NCBI RefSeq assembly: GCF_000021865.1
Contig: NC_014034.1
Location: forward strand, 1,800,001-1,832,000
Source of the DNA: Rhodobacter capsulatus SB 1003
GTDB taxonomy: Bacteria; Pseudomonadota; Alphaproteobacteria; Rhodobacterales; Rhodobacteraceae
Length of the DNA stretch: 32,000 bases
Direction: 5' to 3'
Shown: positions 20,456-28,411 of the stretch, one piece after another
How positions within the stretch are numbered: the first letter of the stretch is position 1
How the letters are laid out: every line of letters begins with the position of its first letter
Position numbers and translations under genes: made by a program
The notes under the pieces: model-generated
The model's database searches: none
Told to the model about the DNA's origin: nothing
The model's input: only the letters and a program-made list of their open reading frames with translations

Positions 20456-20494
20456 GGCCGGGGCCTTGGGCCGGGCCGCGACGAGGAGAACGGG

Positions 20495-21685
20495 ATGGGA
20501 CTGAATTTCTTTCGCAAGGCGGCCCCGGAGGTGCGGACGGAACCGGTGGCCGAGCGCAAGGCCTCGGTGACGGGGCGGATCGTGGCGATGGCCTCGGGGG
20601 CGGGGCGGCCGGTCTGGGGGCCGCGCGACACGGTCAGTCTGATGCGCACGGGGTTTGCGGGCAATCCGGTCGGGTTTCGCTCGGTCAAGCTGATCGCGGA
20701 GGCGACGGCGGCGGTGCCCTTGATCTGTCAGGATGCCGAGCGGCGCTATGAGATCCATCCGGTTCTGGATCTGCTTCGCCGTCCGAATGCCGGGCAGGGC
20801 CGGGCGGAGCTGTTCGAGGCGCTGATCGGGCAGATCCTGCTGTCGGGGAATGGCTATCTGGAGGCGGTCTGTCCCGAGCCCGGCGTGCCGAGAGAGCTGC
20901 ATGTGCTGCGATCGGACCGGATGGCGGTGGTGCCCGGGGCGGATGGCTGGCCGGTGGGCTATGATTACACCGTGGGCGGGCGCAAGCATCGCTTCGACAT
21001 GACCGGCCATCCCGATCCGATCTGTCATATCAAGAGCTTCCATCCGACCGATGACCATTACGGGCTGAGCCCGATGCAGGCGGCGGCGGTGGCTTTGGAC
21101 GTGCATAACGCGGCAAGCGCCTGGTCGAAGGCGCTTTTGGACAATGCCGCGCGGCCCAGTGGCGCGATCATTTACAAGGGCGCCGACGGGCAGGGGGTGC
21201 TGGCGCCCGAGCAATATGAGCGGCTCATTTTCGAGATGGAGACGCATCATCAGGGCGCGCGGAATGCCGGGCGGCCGATGCTTTTGGAAGGCGGGCTCGA
21301 CTGGAAGCCGATGGGGTTTTCCCCCTCCGACATGGAGTTTCACGAGACGAAGGCGGCGGCGGCGCGGGAGATCGCGCTCGCCTTCGGGGTGCCGCCGATG
21401 CTGATCGGCATTCCGGGCGATGCGACCTATGCCAATTACGCCGAGGCGAACCGGGCGTTTTACCGCCTGACGGTGCTGCCGCTTCTGACCCGGGTTTCGG
21501 CGGCGCTGGCCTGGTGGCTTTCGGGGTATCTGGGCGCGCAGATCGAGCTGAAGCCCGATCTGGATCAGGTGCCGGCGCTGGCGGTGGAGCGGGACCAGCT
21601 TTGGGCGCGGATCGGCGCGGCGGGGTTTCTTTCGAACAGCGAAAAACGGGTGCTGCTGGGGCTGCCTCCGACGGCTGAGGGCTGA
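20495..21685 (+). CDS. g3: GTA g3, portal protein (HK97 family)
   Basis: 396 aa from ATG 20495, with GAGGAG SD at 20483-20488 and 6-nt spacing. The track start 20378 would translate through the hairpins. The sequence has the character of an HK97-type portal (...GNPVGFRSVKLIAEA...LLSGNGYLE...HYGLSPMQAA...AFGVPPMLIGIPGDATYANYAEANRAFY...). Confidence 0.9.
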   Translation: MGLNFFRKAAPEVRTEPVAERKASVTGRIVAMASGAGRPVWGPRDTVSLMRTGFAGNPVGFRSVKLIAEATAAVPLICQDAERRYEIHPVLDLLRRPNAGQGRAELFEALIGQILLSGNGYLEAVCPEPGVPRELHVLRSDRMAVVPGADGWPVGYDYTVGGRKHRFDMTGHPDPICHIKSFHPTDDHYGLSPMQAAAVALDVHNAASAWSKALLDNAARPSGAIIYKGADGQGVLAPEQYERLIFEMETHHQGARNAGRPMLLEGGLDWKPMGFSPSDMEFHETKAAAAREIALAFGVPPMLIGIPGDATYANYAEANRAFYRLTVLPLLTRVSAALAWWLSGYLGAQIELKPDLDQVPALAVERDQLWARIGAAGFLSNSEKRVLLGLPPTAEG

Positions 21686-21688
21686 GGC

Positions 21689-21922
21689 ATGGTGGTGGGG
21701 GGGTCGCGGTTTCTCAAGGAGCCCTTCGAGGTGCATGAGCAGCGCTTCGAGGCGACCGAGCGGATCATGGAGTTGCAGTTCACCCAGGTGGAGCGGCGGC
21801 TTGAGCGCATCGAGGTGATGATCGAGCGGCTGGAAAAGCGTTTGTTCATGACGGTTTACGGCGTGATCGCCGTGATCCTGACGCAGGCGGTGCAGGGCAT
21901 TCTGGACTATGCCCCGAAGTGA
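21689..21922 (+). CDS. g3.5: GTA g3.5, small coiled-coil protein with a C-terminal hydrophobic helix
   Basis: 77 aa. A heptad-like charged segment ERIMELQFTQVERRLERIEVMIERLEKRL is followed by FMTVYGVIAVILTQAVQGIL. It is packed tightly between portal and protease, 3 nt after the portal stop. Confidence 0.6.
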   Translation: MVVGGSRFLKEPFEVHEQRFEATERIMELQFTQVERRLERIEVMIERLEKRLFMTVYGVIAVILTQAVQGILDYAPK

Positions 21923-21932
21923 GGAGCGAGGA

Positions 21933-22487
21933 ATGAAGAGAGGCGAGAGCGGGCTGGAGCGGAAGTTCTGCGGCGCGCAGCCGGTGCAGCTGCAGGACGG
22001 CGCGCGGATCGAGGGCTATGCGAGCCTTTTCGGTCTGCCCGATCAGGGCGGCGATGTGGTGGCGAAGGGGGCTTACGCGAAAAGCCTGGCGGCGATTGCG
22101 GCGCGGGGGGGCAGCGTGAAGATGCTGTGGCAGCATGACCCGGCGCAGCCGATCGGCGTTTGGGACGAGATCCGGGAGGATGCGCGCGGGCTTTGGGTCA
22201 AGGGGCGGCTGTTGCCCGAGGTGGCGCGGGCGCGCGAGGCCTTGGCGCTGATCGCGGCGGGGGCGATCGACGGGCTGTCGATCGGATATCGCACCATCGC
22301 CGCCGAGAAGGACGCAAAGGGCCAGCGGCTGCTTGCGGAACTGGAGCTTTGGGAAGTGTCGCTGGTGACATTCCCGATGCTTCGCGAGGCGCGGGTGGCG
22401 GCGAAGGGGGAAGCCCCCGAGGCCGCGATCTGGCGTGATCTGGCCCGGGCGCTGAGCGCTGCCACGGCCGAACTGGCGGCGCGCTGA
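21933..22487 (+). CDS. g4: GTA g4, prohead maturation protease (HK97/S78 family)
   Basis: 184 aa from ATG 21933, which has GAGGAG SD at 21921-21926 and lies after the g3.5 stop. The track start 21909 overlaps g3.5. IEGYASLFG..D..GDVV..GAY..SL......VKMLWQHD...PIGVW....ED..GL.V.G.L...... is the HK97 protease pattern. Confidence 0.85.
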   Translation: MKRGESGLERKFCGAQPVQLQDGARIEGYASLFGLPDQGGDVVAKGAYAKSLAAIAARGGSVKMLWQHDPAQPIGVWDEIREDARGLWVKGRLLPEVARAREALALIAAGAIDGLSIGYRTIAAEKDAKGQRLLAELELWEVSLVTFPMLREARVAAKGEAPEAAIWRDLARALSAATAELAAR

Positions 22488-22518
22488 GCCCCGCCGCTGC
22501 TGCAGGAGTGTGGAAAGG

Positions 22519-23715
22519 ATGAAGACCGAGACCAAGGCTCGGGCCGGAACGGGCATGCCTGAGGGCGCCGATCCGGTTGCCGAGGTGAAAACCGCGCTGG
22601 CCGGTTTCCTGAAGGAAGTCAAAGGCTTTCAGGATGATGTGAAGACGAGATTGCAACAACAGGAAGAGCGTGTGACCATGCTGCAAACGAAGACCTATGC
22701 CGGGCGTCATGCCCTTGCCGCCGCCGCGACCGAGGAGGCGCCGCATCAGAAGGCCTTTGCCGCCTATCTGCGCACCGGCGATGATGACGGGCTGCGCGGG
22801 CTGAGCCTTGAGGGCAAGGCGCTGAATTCGGCGGTGGCGGCCGAGGGCGGTTATCTGGTCGATCCGCAGACCTCGGAGACGATCCGGGGGGTTTTGCGCT
22901 CGACCGCCTCGCTGCGCCAGATCGCCAGTGTCGTCAATGTCGAGGCGACCTCGTTCGATGTGCTGGTGGACAAGACCGACATGGGCTCGGGCTGGGCGAG
23001 CGAGACGGCGGCGCTGAGCGAGACCGCGACGCCGCAGATCGACCGCATCACCATTCCGCTGCATGAGCTGGCGGCGATGCCGAAGGCATCGCAACGGCTG
23101 CTCGATGACAGCGCCTTTGACATCGAGACCTGGCTGGCGAACCGGATTGCCGACAAGTTCGCCCGGGCGGAGGCGGCGGCCTTCATCTCGGGTGACGGGG
23201 TGGACAAGCCGACCGGGTTCCTGACCAAGACCAAGGTGGCGAATGGCGCCTGGGCCTGGGGCAGCCTTGGCTATGTGGCGACCGGCGCGGCGGGGGATTT
23301 CGCGGCGGTGAATGCCTCCGATGCGGTCGTGGATCTGGTCTATGCGCTCGGCGCCGAATACCGGGCGAATGCGAGCTTCGTGATGAATTCGAAGACCGCG
23401 GGGGCGGTGCGCAAGATGAAGGATGCCGACGGCCGGTTCCTGTGGGCCGACAGTCTGGCGGCGGGGGAACCGGCGCGGCTGATGGGCTATCCGGTGCTGA
23501 TCGCCGAGGACATGCCCGATATCGCGGCCAATGCCTATGCGATTGCCTTTGGCGATTTCGGCAATGGCTACACGATTGCGGAACGCCCGGATCTGCGGGT
23601 GCTGCGTGACCCGTTCTCGGCCAAGCCGCATGTGCTCTTCTATGCGAGCAAGCGGGTGGGCGGCGATGTCAGCGATTTCGCCGCGATCAAGCTGTTGAAG
23701 TTTGCCGCCTCGTAA
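22519..23715 (+). CDS. g5: GTA g5, major capsid protein (HK97 fold) with N-terminal delta/scaffold region
   Basis: 398 aa from ATG 22519 (the track starts at GTG 22510). The N-terminal ~100 aa are charged and coiled (FLKEVKGFQDDVKTRLQQQEERV). The remainder matches HK97-family capsids (...GGYLVDPQTSE...IPLHELAAMPKASQRLLDDSAFDIETWL...FVMNSKTAGAVRKMKD..G.FLW...). Confidence 0.9.
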   Translation: MKTETKARAGTGMPEGADPVAEVKTALAGFLKEVKGFQDDVKTRLQQQEERVTMLQTKTYAGRHALAAAATEEAPHQKAFAAYLRTGDDDGLRGLSLEGKALNSAVAAEGGYLVDPQTSETIRGVLRSTASLRQIASVVNVEATSFDVLVDKTDMGSGWASETAALSETATPQIDRITIPLHELAAMPKASQRLLDDSAFDIETWLANRIADKFARAEAAAFISGDGVDKPTGFLTKTKVANGAWAWGSLGYVATGAAGDFAAVNASDAVVDLVYALGAEYRANASFVMNSKTAGAVRKMKDADGRFLWADSLAAGEPARLMGYPVLIAEDMPDIAANAYAIAFGDFGNGYTIAERPDLRVLRDPFSAKPHVLFYASKRVGGDVSDFAAIKLLKFAAS

Positions 23716-23887
23716 CGGGCGGTGAAGGGGCCGGGGGCAACCCGGCTGCCGCCGGTTCGCCGGTCGGGCGGGCGCGGGCTTCCGGCCGCTGCCTAGCTGC
23801 TCCCTCCGTCCGAGTGGCGGTGCGGGGTCTGCGCCCGAACGCCCAAGTGCAGGACCGCGGGGGCGGTCGGCTTTTCGGAGAGTTTCC

Positions 23888-24481
23888 ATGATGCTGAACG
23901 AAGTGACGGCGGTGCCCGGGACGGCGCTGCCGGTGGCCGAATTCCGCGACCATCTGCGGTTGGGCACCGGCTTTGCCGATCTGGGGGCCGAGGATGCGGC
24001 GCTGCTGTCCTATCTGCGGGCGGCCATTGCGGCGATCGAAGGGCGCACGGCCAAGGCGCTGATTTCCCGGGGCTTTCGGCTGGCTCTGACGGCCTGGCGC
24101 TGGGGTGACATGCAGACCTTGCCGATTGCGCCCGTGGCGACGGTGACGGCCTTGCGGCTGGTCGATGCGGCGGGGGTCGAGACGCCGGTGGCGGCGGGCT
24201 GGCGGCTGGTGCCCGACATGGCGCGGCCGCGGATCGAGGCTTTGGGGGCGATGCTGCCGATGATCCCTACGGGCGGGCGGGTCGAGATCGACTTCACCGC
24301 CGGGTTCGGGGCCAGTTGGAGCGCGCTGCCGGTTGATCTGGCGCAGGCGGTGTTCCTGCTGGCGGCGCAATATTACGAGCTGCGCCATGACGGGGCGGCC
24401 GAGGGCGGCGCGATGCCCTTTGGGGTGATGGCGCTGATCGAGCGCTGGCGCACGGTGCGGGTGCTGGGGGGACGGCCATGA
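23888..24481 (+). CDS. g6: GTA g6, head-tail adaptor (gp6-like connector)
   Basis: 197 aa. GGAGAG SD upstream. Position and length fit the phage gp6-like head-tail connector (...LSYLRAAIAAIEGRTAKALI...LAQAVFLLAAQYYELR...). Confidence 0.75.
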   Translation: MMLNEVTAVPGTALPVAEFRDHLRLGTGFADLGAEDAALLSYLRAAIAAIEGRTAKALISRGFRLALTAWRWGDMQTLPIAPVATVTALRLVDAAGVETPVAAGWRLVPDMARPRIEALGAMLPMIPTGGRVEIDFTAGFGASWSALPVDLAQAVFLLAAQYYELRHDGAAEGGAMPFGVMALIERWRTVRVLGGRP

Positions 24482-24816
24482 GCAGGCCGCGGCTGAACCG
24501 CCTGCTGGTGCTGGAAGAGGCCGTGCGCGTGGCCGATGGCGCGGGCGGGCACCGGCTGGACTGGCAGGCGAAGGGCGAGGTCTGGGCCGAGGTCACGGCG
24601 GGCAGCGGCAGCGAGCGGGCGGGGGAATTCGTCACGCTGGCCTCGGTGCCGTTCACCATCGTCGTGCGGGCGGCGCCGGTGGGCGCGGCGCGCAGGCCCA
24701 GGCCCGAGCAGCGCTTTCGCGAGGGGGCGCGGATCTTTCGCATCCTTGCCGTCGCCGAGCGCGACCGCGAGGGGCATTACCTGAGCTGCTTTGCCCGCGA
24801 GGAGGTGGTGGCATGA
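24478..24816 (+). CDS. g7: GTA g7, head-closure/stopper protein (SPP1 gp16-like head-tail joining family)
   Basis: 112 aa. ATGA overlap with g6. The pattern ...W...VWAEV...SG.E.......S...F.I.VR........R......RIF.I... is typical of the head-tail joining family. Confidence 0.75.
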   Translation: MSRPRLNRLLVLEEAVRVADGAGGHRLDWQAKGEVWAEVTAGSGSERAGEFVTLASVPFTIVVRAAPVGAARRPRPEQRFREGARIFRILAVAERDREGHYLSCFAREEVVA

Positions 24817-25220
24817 GCTATGCGGTGGCGGGCGCGCTGCAGGCGGCGGTCTATCAGCAGCTGCGGGCGGATGCGGTGCTGGCGGCGCTGGTGGGAACGG
24901 CGGTTTACGATGCTGTGCCGCCGGGGCCCTTGGCGGGCACCTATGTCAGCCTTGGGCCCGAGGATGTCGCCGATGCCTCGGACAAGACCGGCGCGGGGGC
25001 GGTGCATGATTTCGTCATCTCGGTGATCACCGACGCGGCGGGATTTGCCACGGCGAAGGCGGCGGCGGCGGCTGTATCCGATGCGCTGGTGGGGGCCGAT
25101 CTGGTGCTGAGCCGCGGGCGGCTGGTGGGGCTGTGGTTCCTGCGCGCCAAGGCGCGGCGGGTGGAAAAGGCCGACATGCGGCGGATTGACCTTGTGTTTC
25201 GCGCGCGGGTCGAGGGCTGA
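24813..25220 (+). CDS. g8: GTA g8, tail terminator / tail completion protein (DUF3168-like)
   Basis: 135 aa. ATGA overlap with g7. Assigned from position before the major tail gene and from size. Confidence 0.7.
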   Translation: MSYAVAGALQAAVYQQLRADAVLAALVGTAVYDAVPPGPLAGTYVSLGPEDVADASDKTGAGAVHDFVISVITDAAGFATAKAAAAAVSDALVGADLVLSRGRLVGLWFLRAKARRVEKADMRRIDLVFRARVEG

Positions 25221-25260
25221 GGCCTTTGGGCGGTGAAATTTCAACATCTGGAGTGACGAC

Positions 25261-25674
25261 ATGGCGGCGCAGAACGGCAAGGACCTTCTGATCAAGCTCG
25301 ACCTGACCGGGTCGGGGCAATTCGAGACCATCGCGGGGCTGCGTGCGACGCGGATCAGCTTCAATGCGGAGACGGTCGATGTGACCTCGCTGGAAAGTCA
25401 GGGCGGCTGGCGGGAATTGCTGGGCGGCGCTGGGGTGCGCTCGGCCAGCATTTCGGGCGCGGGGGTGTTCAAGGACGCCGATACCGACGAGCGGGCGCGG
25501 CAGATCTTTTTCGACGGCGAGGTGCCCGAGTTTCAGGTCATCATCCCCGATTTCGGCATCGTGCAGGGGCCGTTCATGATCACCTCGATCGACTATGCGG
25601 GCAGTCACAATGGCGAGGCGAGTTACGAACTGGCGATGGCCTCGGCGGGCGCGCTGAGCTTCACGGCGATCTGA
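25261..25674 (+). CDS. g9: GTA g9, major tail (tube) protein
   Basis: 137 aa. GGAG SD 7 nt upstream. MAAQNGKDLLIKLD......F..IAGLR...ISFN.E.VDVT...S.G.WRELL.G.G..S..ISG.GVF is the TP901-1-like major tail pattern. Confidence 0.85.
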   Translation: MAAQNGKDLLIKLDLTGSGQFETIAGLRATRISFNAETVDVTSLESQGGWRELLGGAGVRSASISGAGVFKDADTDERARQIFFDGEVPEFQVIIPDFGIVQGPFMITSIDYAGSHNGEASYELAMASAGALSFTAI

Positions 25675-25681
25675 GGCGGGC

Positions 25682-26008
25682 ATGGCAAACCCTTGGGCGG
25701 GCGAGGTCGAGATCTGGCTGGGCGCCGAGCGGCGGGTGGCGAAGCTGACGCTGGGGGCGCTCGCGGAGCTGGAGGTGGGGCTGGGCGAGGCCTCGCTTCT
25801 GGATCTGGTGCGGCGGTTCGAGACGGGCGCGTTTTCCAGCCGCGACGTGCTGGCGCTGATCGTGGCGGGGCTGCGTGGCGGCGGTTGGGAGGGGCGGACG
25901 GAGGATCTGCGCACGGTCGAGATCGGCGGCGGGCCGGTCGGTGCGGCGCGGATCGCGGCGGAATTGCTGGCGCGCGCCTTCACCGTGCCGGGGCAGGGCG
26001 GATCGTGA
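25682..26008 (+). CDS. g10: GTA g10, tail assembly chaperone-like protein
   Basis: 108 aa. The position between the tube and tape-measure genes is the lambda G equivalent. Confidence 0.65.
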   Translation: MANPWAGEVEIWLGAERRVAKLTLGALAELEVGLGEASLLDLVRRFETGAFSSRDVLALIVAGLRGGGWEGRTEDLRTVEIGGGPVGAARIAAELLARAFTVPGQGGS

Positions 26009-26232
26009 GCGGCGGTCTGGACTGGCCGGGGCTGTTGCGGGTCGGGCTGCGGGGGCTGGGGCTGCGGCCCGGGGAGTTCTGGCGGCTGACGCCCGCGGAG
26101 CTGGCGGTGATGCTGGGCGAGGCGGCGGGGGCGCCGCCGCTGACGCGCGACCGGCTTTCGGAGCTGGCGGCGCGGTTTCCCGATACGCCCCGCGGGGGCG
26201 ATCTGAAAGGAGGAGGCGATGGTCGAGGTTGA
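26005..26232 (+). CDS. g10.1: GTA g10.1, second small tail-assembly ORF in the -1 frame
   Basis: GTG 26005 overlaps the g10 stop (GTGA). Product is 75 aa: VSGGLDWPGLLRVGLRGLGLRPGEFWRLTPAELAVMLGEAAGAPPLTRDRLSELAARFPD... It forms the 3' part of track ORF 25693-26232 and overlaps the g11 start by 14 nt. Confidence 0.55.
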   Translation: MSGGLDWPGLLRVGLRGLGLRPGEFWRLTPAELAVMLGEAAGAPPLTRDRLSELAARFPDTPRGGDLKGGGDGRG

Positions 26233-26878
26233 CGGGCTGGACGGGCTGGGCCGACAGGCGGCGGAACTGGAGCGGGCGCTGGGGGGCGCCGAGGGGGTGG
26301 CGGCCAGTTTCAGCGACGAGCTGGGGCGGATGCGCGAAAGCCTGACCTATACCGGCCGCGAGGTGGGGACGCTGTCGTCCAGTTTCGGGCGGTCGCTGCG
26401 GCGGGCTTTTGATGGCGTCGTCTTTGACGGGATGAAGCTGTCGGACGCGCTGAAGACGCTCGCCGAGGGGATGTCGCAGGCGGCCTATTCGGTGGCGATG
26501 AAGCCGGTGCAGGAGGCGGTGGGCGGGGCGCTGGCCAGCACGGTGAACGGGCTTTTGGGAAGCGTTTTCGGTTTTGCGCAGGGCGGGGCGTTTTCGCAAG
26601 GCCGGGTGATGCCCTTTGCCAAGGGGGGGGTGGTGTCCTCGCCCACGAGCTTTCCGATGCGGGGGGCGACGGGGCTGATGGGCGAGGCCGGGCCCGAGGC
26701 GATCTTGCCGCTTGCGCGGGCTGCGGACGGGCGGCTGGGCGTGCAGGCGGGCGGCGGGCGGGTCGTCAATGTGGTGATGAACGTGACGACGCCCGATGCC
26801 GCCGGGTTTGCGCGCTCTCAGGGCCAGATCGCGGCACAGGTGAACCGGCGGCTGGCGCGCGGATCGCGCAACGCCTGA
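26219..26878 (+). CDS. g11: GTA g11, tape measure protein (unusually short)
   Basis: 219 aa. Very strong SD AGGAGGAGG (26207-26215). Helical N-terminal half, Gly/Ala-rich middle, and the conserved block MGEAGPEAILPL typical of tape-measure C-terminal regions. Confidence 0.75.
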   Translation: MVEVDGLDGLGRQAAELERALGGAEGVAASFSDELGRMRESLTYTGREVGTLSSSFGRSLRRAFDGVVFDGMKLSDALKTLAEGMSQAAYSVAMKPVQEAVGGALASTVNGLLGSVFGFAQGGAFSQGRVMPFAKGGVVSSPTSFPMRGATGLMGEAGPEAILPLARAADGRLGVQAGGGRVVNVVMNVTTPDAAGFARSQGQIAAQVNRRLARGSRNA

Positions 26879-26888
26879 GGAGAAAAGC

Positions 26889-27521
26889 ATGGCATTTCAT
26901 GAAGTTCGGTTTCCCGCCAATCTGAGTTTCGGCTCGGTCGGCGGGCCGGAGCGGCGCACCGAGATCGTCACGCTGTCGAGCGGGCATGAGGAGCGCAACA
27001 GCCCCTGGGCGCATTCGCGGCGGCATTATGATGCCGGGGTGGGGCTGCGATCCTTGGATGATGTCGAGCGGCTGATCGCGTTTTTCGAGGCGCGGGGCGG
27101 GCAGTTGCACGGCTTTCGCTGGAAGGACTGGGCGGATTTCAAGAGCTGTCCGGCCTCGCGCGCCGTCGCGCATGAGGATCAGCTGATCGGGATGGGCGAT
27201 GGTGTCACGACGGCGTTTCAGCTGGTGAAGACCTATGTCTCGGGCGGGCAGAGCTATCTGCGCCCGATCGTGAAGCCGGTCGAGGGCACGGTGAAGCTGG
27301 GCATTGCGGGCGATCATCAGGCCGAGGCGGTGAATTTTGCCGTCGATCATGCCACCGGGATCGTCAGTTTCAACGAACCGCCGCCGCAGGGGGCGCGGGT
27401 GACGGCGGGGTTCGAATTCGACGTGCCGGTGCGGTTTGATACCGACCGGATCGCGGTTTCGGTGCAGTCGTTTCAGGCGGGGGATCTGCCGCAGGTGCCG
27501 GTGGTGGAGGTGCGGATCTGA
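26889..27521 (+). CDS. g12: GTA g12, distal tail protein (DUF2460 family)
   Basis: 210 aa. MAFHEVRFPANLSFGSVGGPERRTEIVTLSSGHEERNSPWAHSRRHYDAG matches the conserved N-terminus of the GTA/phage DUF2460 family. GAGGAG SD upstream. Confidence 0.8.
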   Translation: MAFHEVRFPANLSFGSVGGPERRTEIVTLSSGHEERNSPWAHSRRHYDAGVGLRSLDDVERLIAFFEARGGQLHGFRWKDWADFKSCPASRAVAHEDQLIGMGDGVTTAFQLVKTYVSGGQSYLRPIVKPVEGTVKLGIAGDHQAEAVNFAVDHATGIVSFNEPPPQGARVTAGFEFDVPVRFDTDRIAVSVQSFQAGDLPQVPVVEVRI

Positions 27522-28411
27522 TGGCCTATCCGGAGAGTTTGAAGGCGCATCTGCAGGGCGGTGTGACGACGCTGGCGCGGGCCTGGGCCCTGGCGCGGGC
27601 GGATGGGCGGGTGCTGGGCTTCACCGATCATGATGTGGTGCTGCGCTTCGACGGGATCTCCTTCGAGCCGGGCAGCGGCATGACGGCCAAGGCGGTGCTG
27701 CAGGGCACCGGGCTTTCGGTCGACAATACCGAGAGCTATGGCGCGTTGAGCTCCGAGGCGATCACCGAGGCGGATCTTCTGGCCGGGCGCTATGATGGCG
27801 CGGCGGTCACGGTCTGGCTGGTGAACTGGGCCGATCCGGCGATGCGGGCGGTGATCTTTCGCGGCCATCTGGGGGAGGTGTCGCGCGGCGCGGGGGCGTT
27901 CACGGCCGAGCTGCGCGGGCTGACCGCGGCTTTGGGGCAGGAGCAGGGGCGGATCTATCATCCGCGCTGCGCCGCAGTGCTGGGCGATGGCAGGTGCCGG
28001 TTCGATCTGACGAAGGACGGTTATGCGCTGGAGGCGGCGCTGGGCGGCGTTGACGAGGCGGTGGTGTTGCGCCTGGCCGAGGGCGCCGGGTTCGAGGATC
28101 GCTGGTTCGAGAAGGGGCGGCTGGTGGTGCTGGATGGCGCTGCGGCGGGTCTGATCGGCGTGGTGAAGAACGACCGGTTGCAGGCGGATGGATCACGGCT
28201 GATCGAGCTTTGGCAGCGGCTGGGGGCCAATCCGGTGGCAGGGGATCGGGTGCGGATCGAGCCGGGTTGCGACAAGCGCGCCGGGACCTGTCGGCTCAAA
28301 TTCGACAATTTCCTCAATTTTCGGGGATTTCCGCATATTCCGGGGGAAGACTGGATGGTGTCCTATCCGGTGCAGAGCGGCACCAATGACGGCGGGAGCC
28401 TGTTTCGATGA
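27521..28411 (+). CDS. g13: GTA g13, baseplate hub protein (DUF2163 plus BR0599-like domain)
   Basis: 296 aa. TGATG overlap with g12. ...TTLARAWALARADGRVLGFTDHD..L.FDGI.FEP..G...... and the C-terminal CDKRAGTCRLKFDNFLNFRGFPHIPG Cys-rich motif are typical of this family. Confidence 0.8.
   Translation: MAYPESLKAHLQGGVTTLARAWALARADGRVLGFTDHDVVLRFDGISFEPGSGMTAKAVLQGTGLSVDNTESYGALSSEAITEADLLAGRYDGAAVTVWLVNWADPAMRAVIFRGHLGEVSRGAGAFTAELRGLTAALGQEQGRIYHPRCAAVLGDGRCRFDLTKDGYALEAALGGVDEAVVLRLAEGAGFEDRWFEKGRLVVLDGAAAGLIGVVKNDRLQADGSRLIELWQRLGANPVAGDRVRIEPGCDKRAGTCRLKFDNFLNFRGFPHIPGEDWMVSYPVQSGTNDGGSLFR

Noticed and set aside
20378-20494. Upstream in-frame extensions proposed by the track for the portal (start 20378), fabG (13887), fabF (15939), thpR (15362), glnB (11067) and nnrD (10778).
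   Set aside because: The extensions run through intergenic hairpins or repeats, or overlap the preceding gene, and they lack SD sequences. In each case an internal ATG with a good SD coincides with the start of family homology.
25693-26004. The 5' two-thirds of track ORF 25693-26232 (179 aa, Gly/Arg/Ala-rich) as an independent protein overlapping g10.
   Set aside because: It is a low-complexity translation of the g10 alternative frame. Only the part downstream of GTG 26005 looks protein-like. The open frame is kept only as a possible -1 frameshift acceptor frame (see the g10/g10.1 finding).
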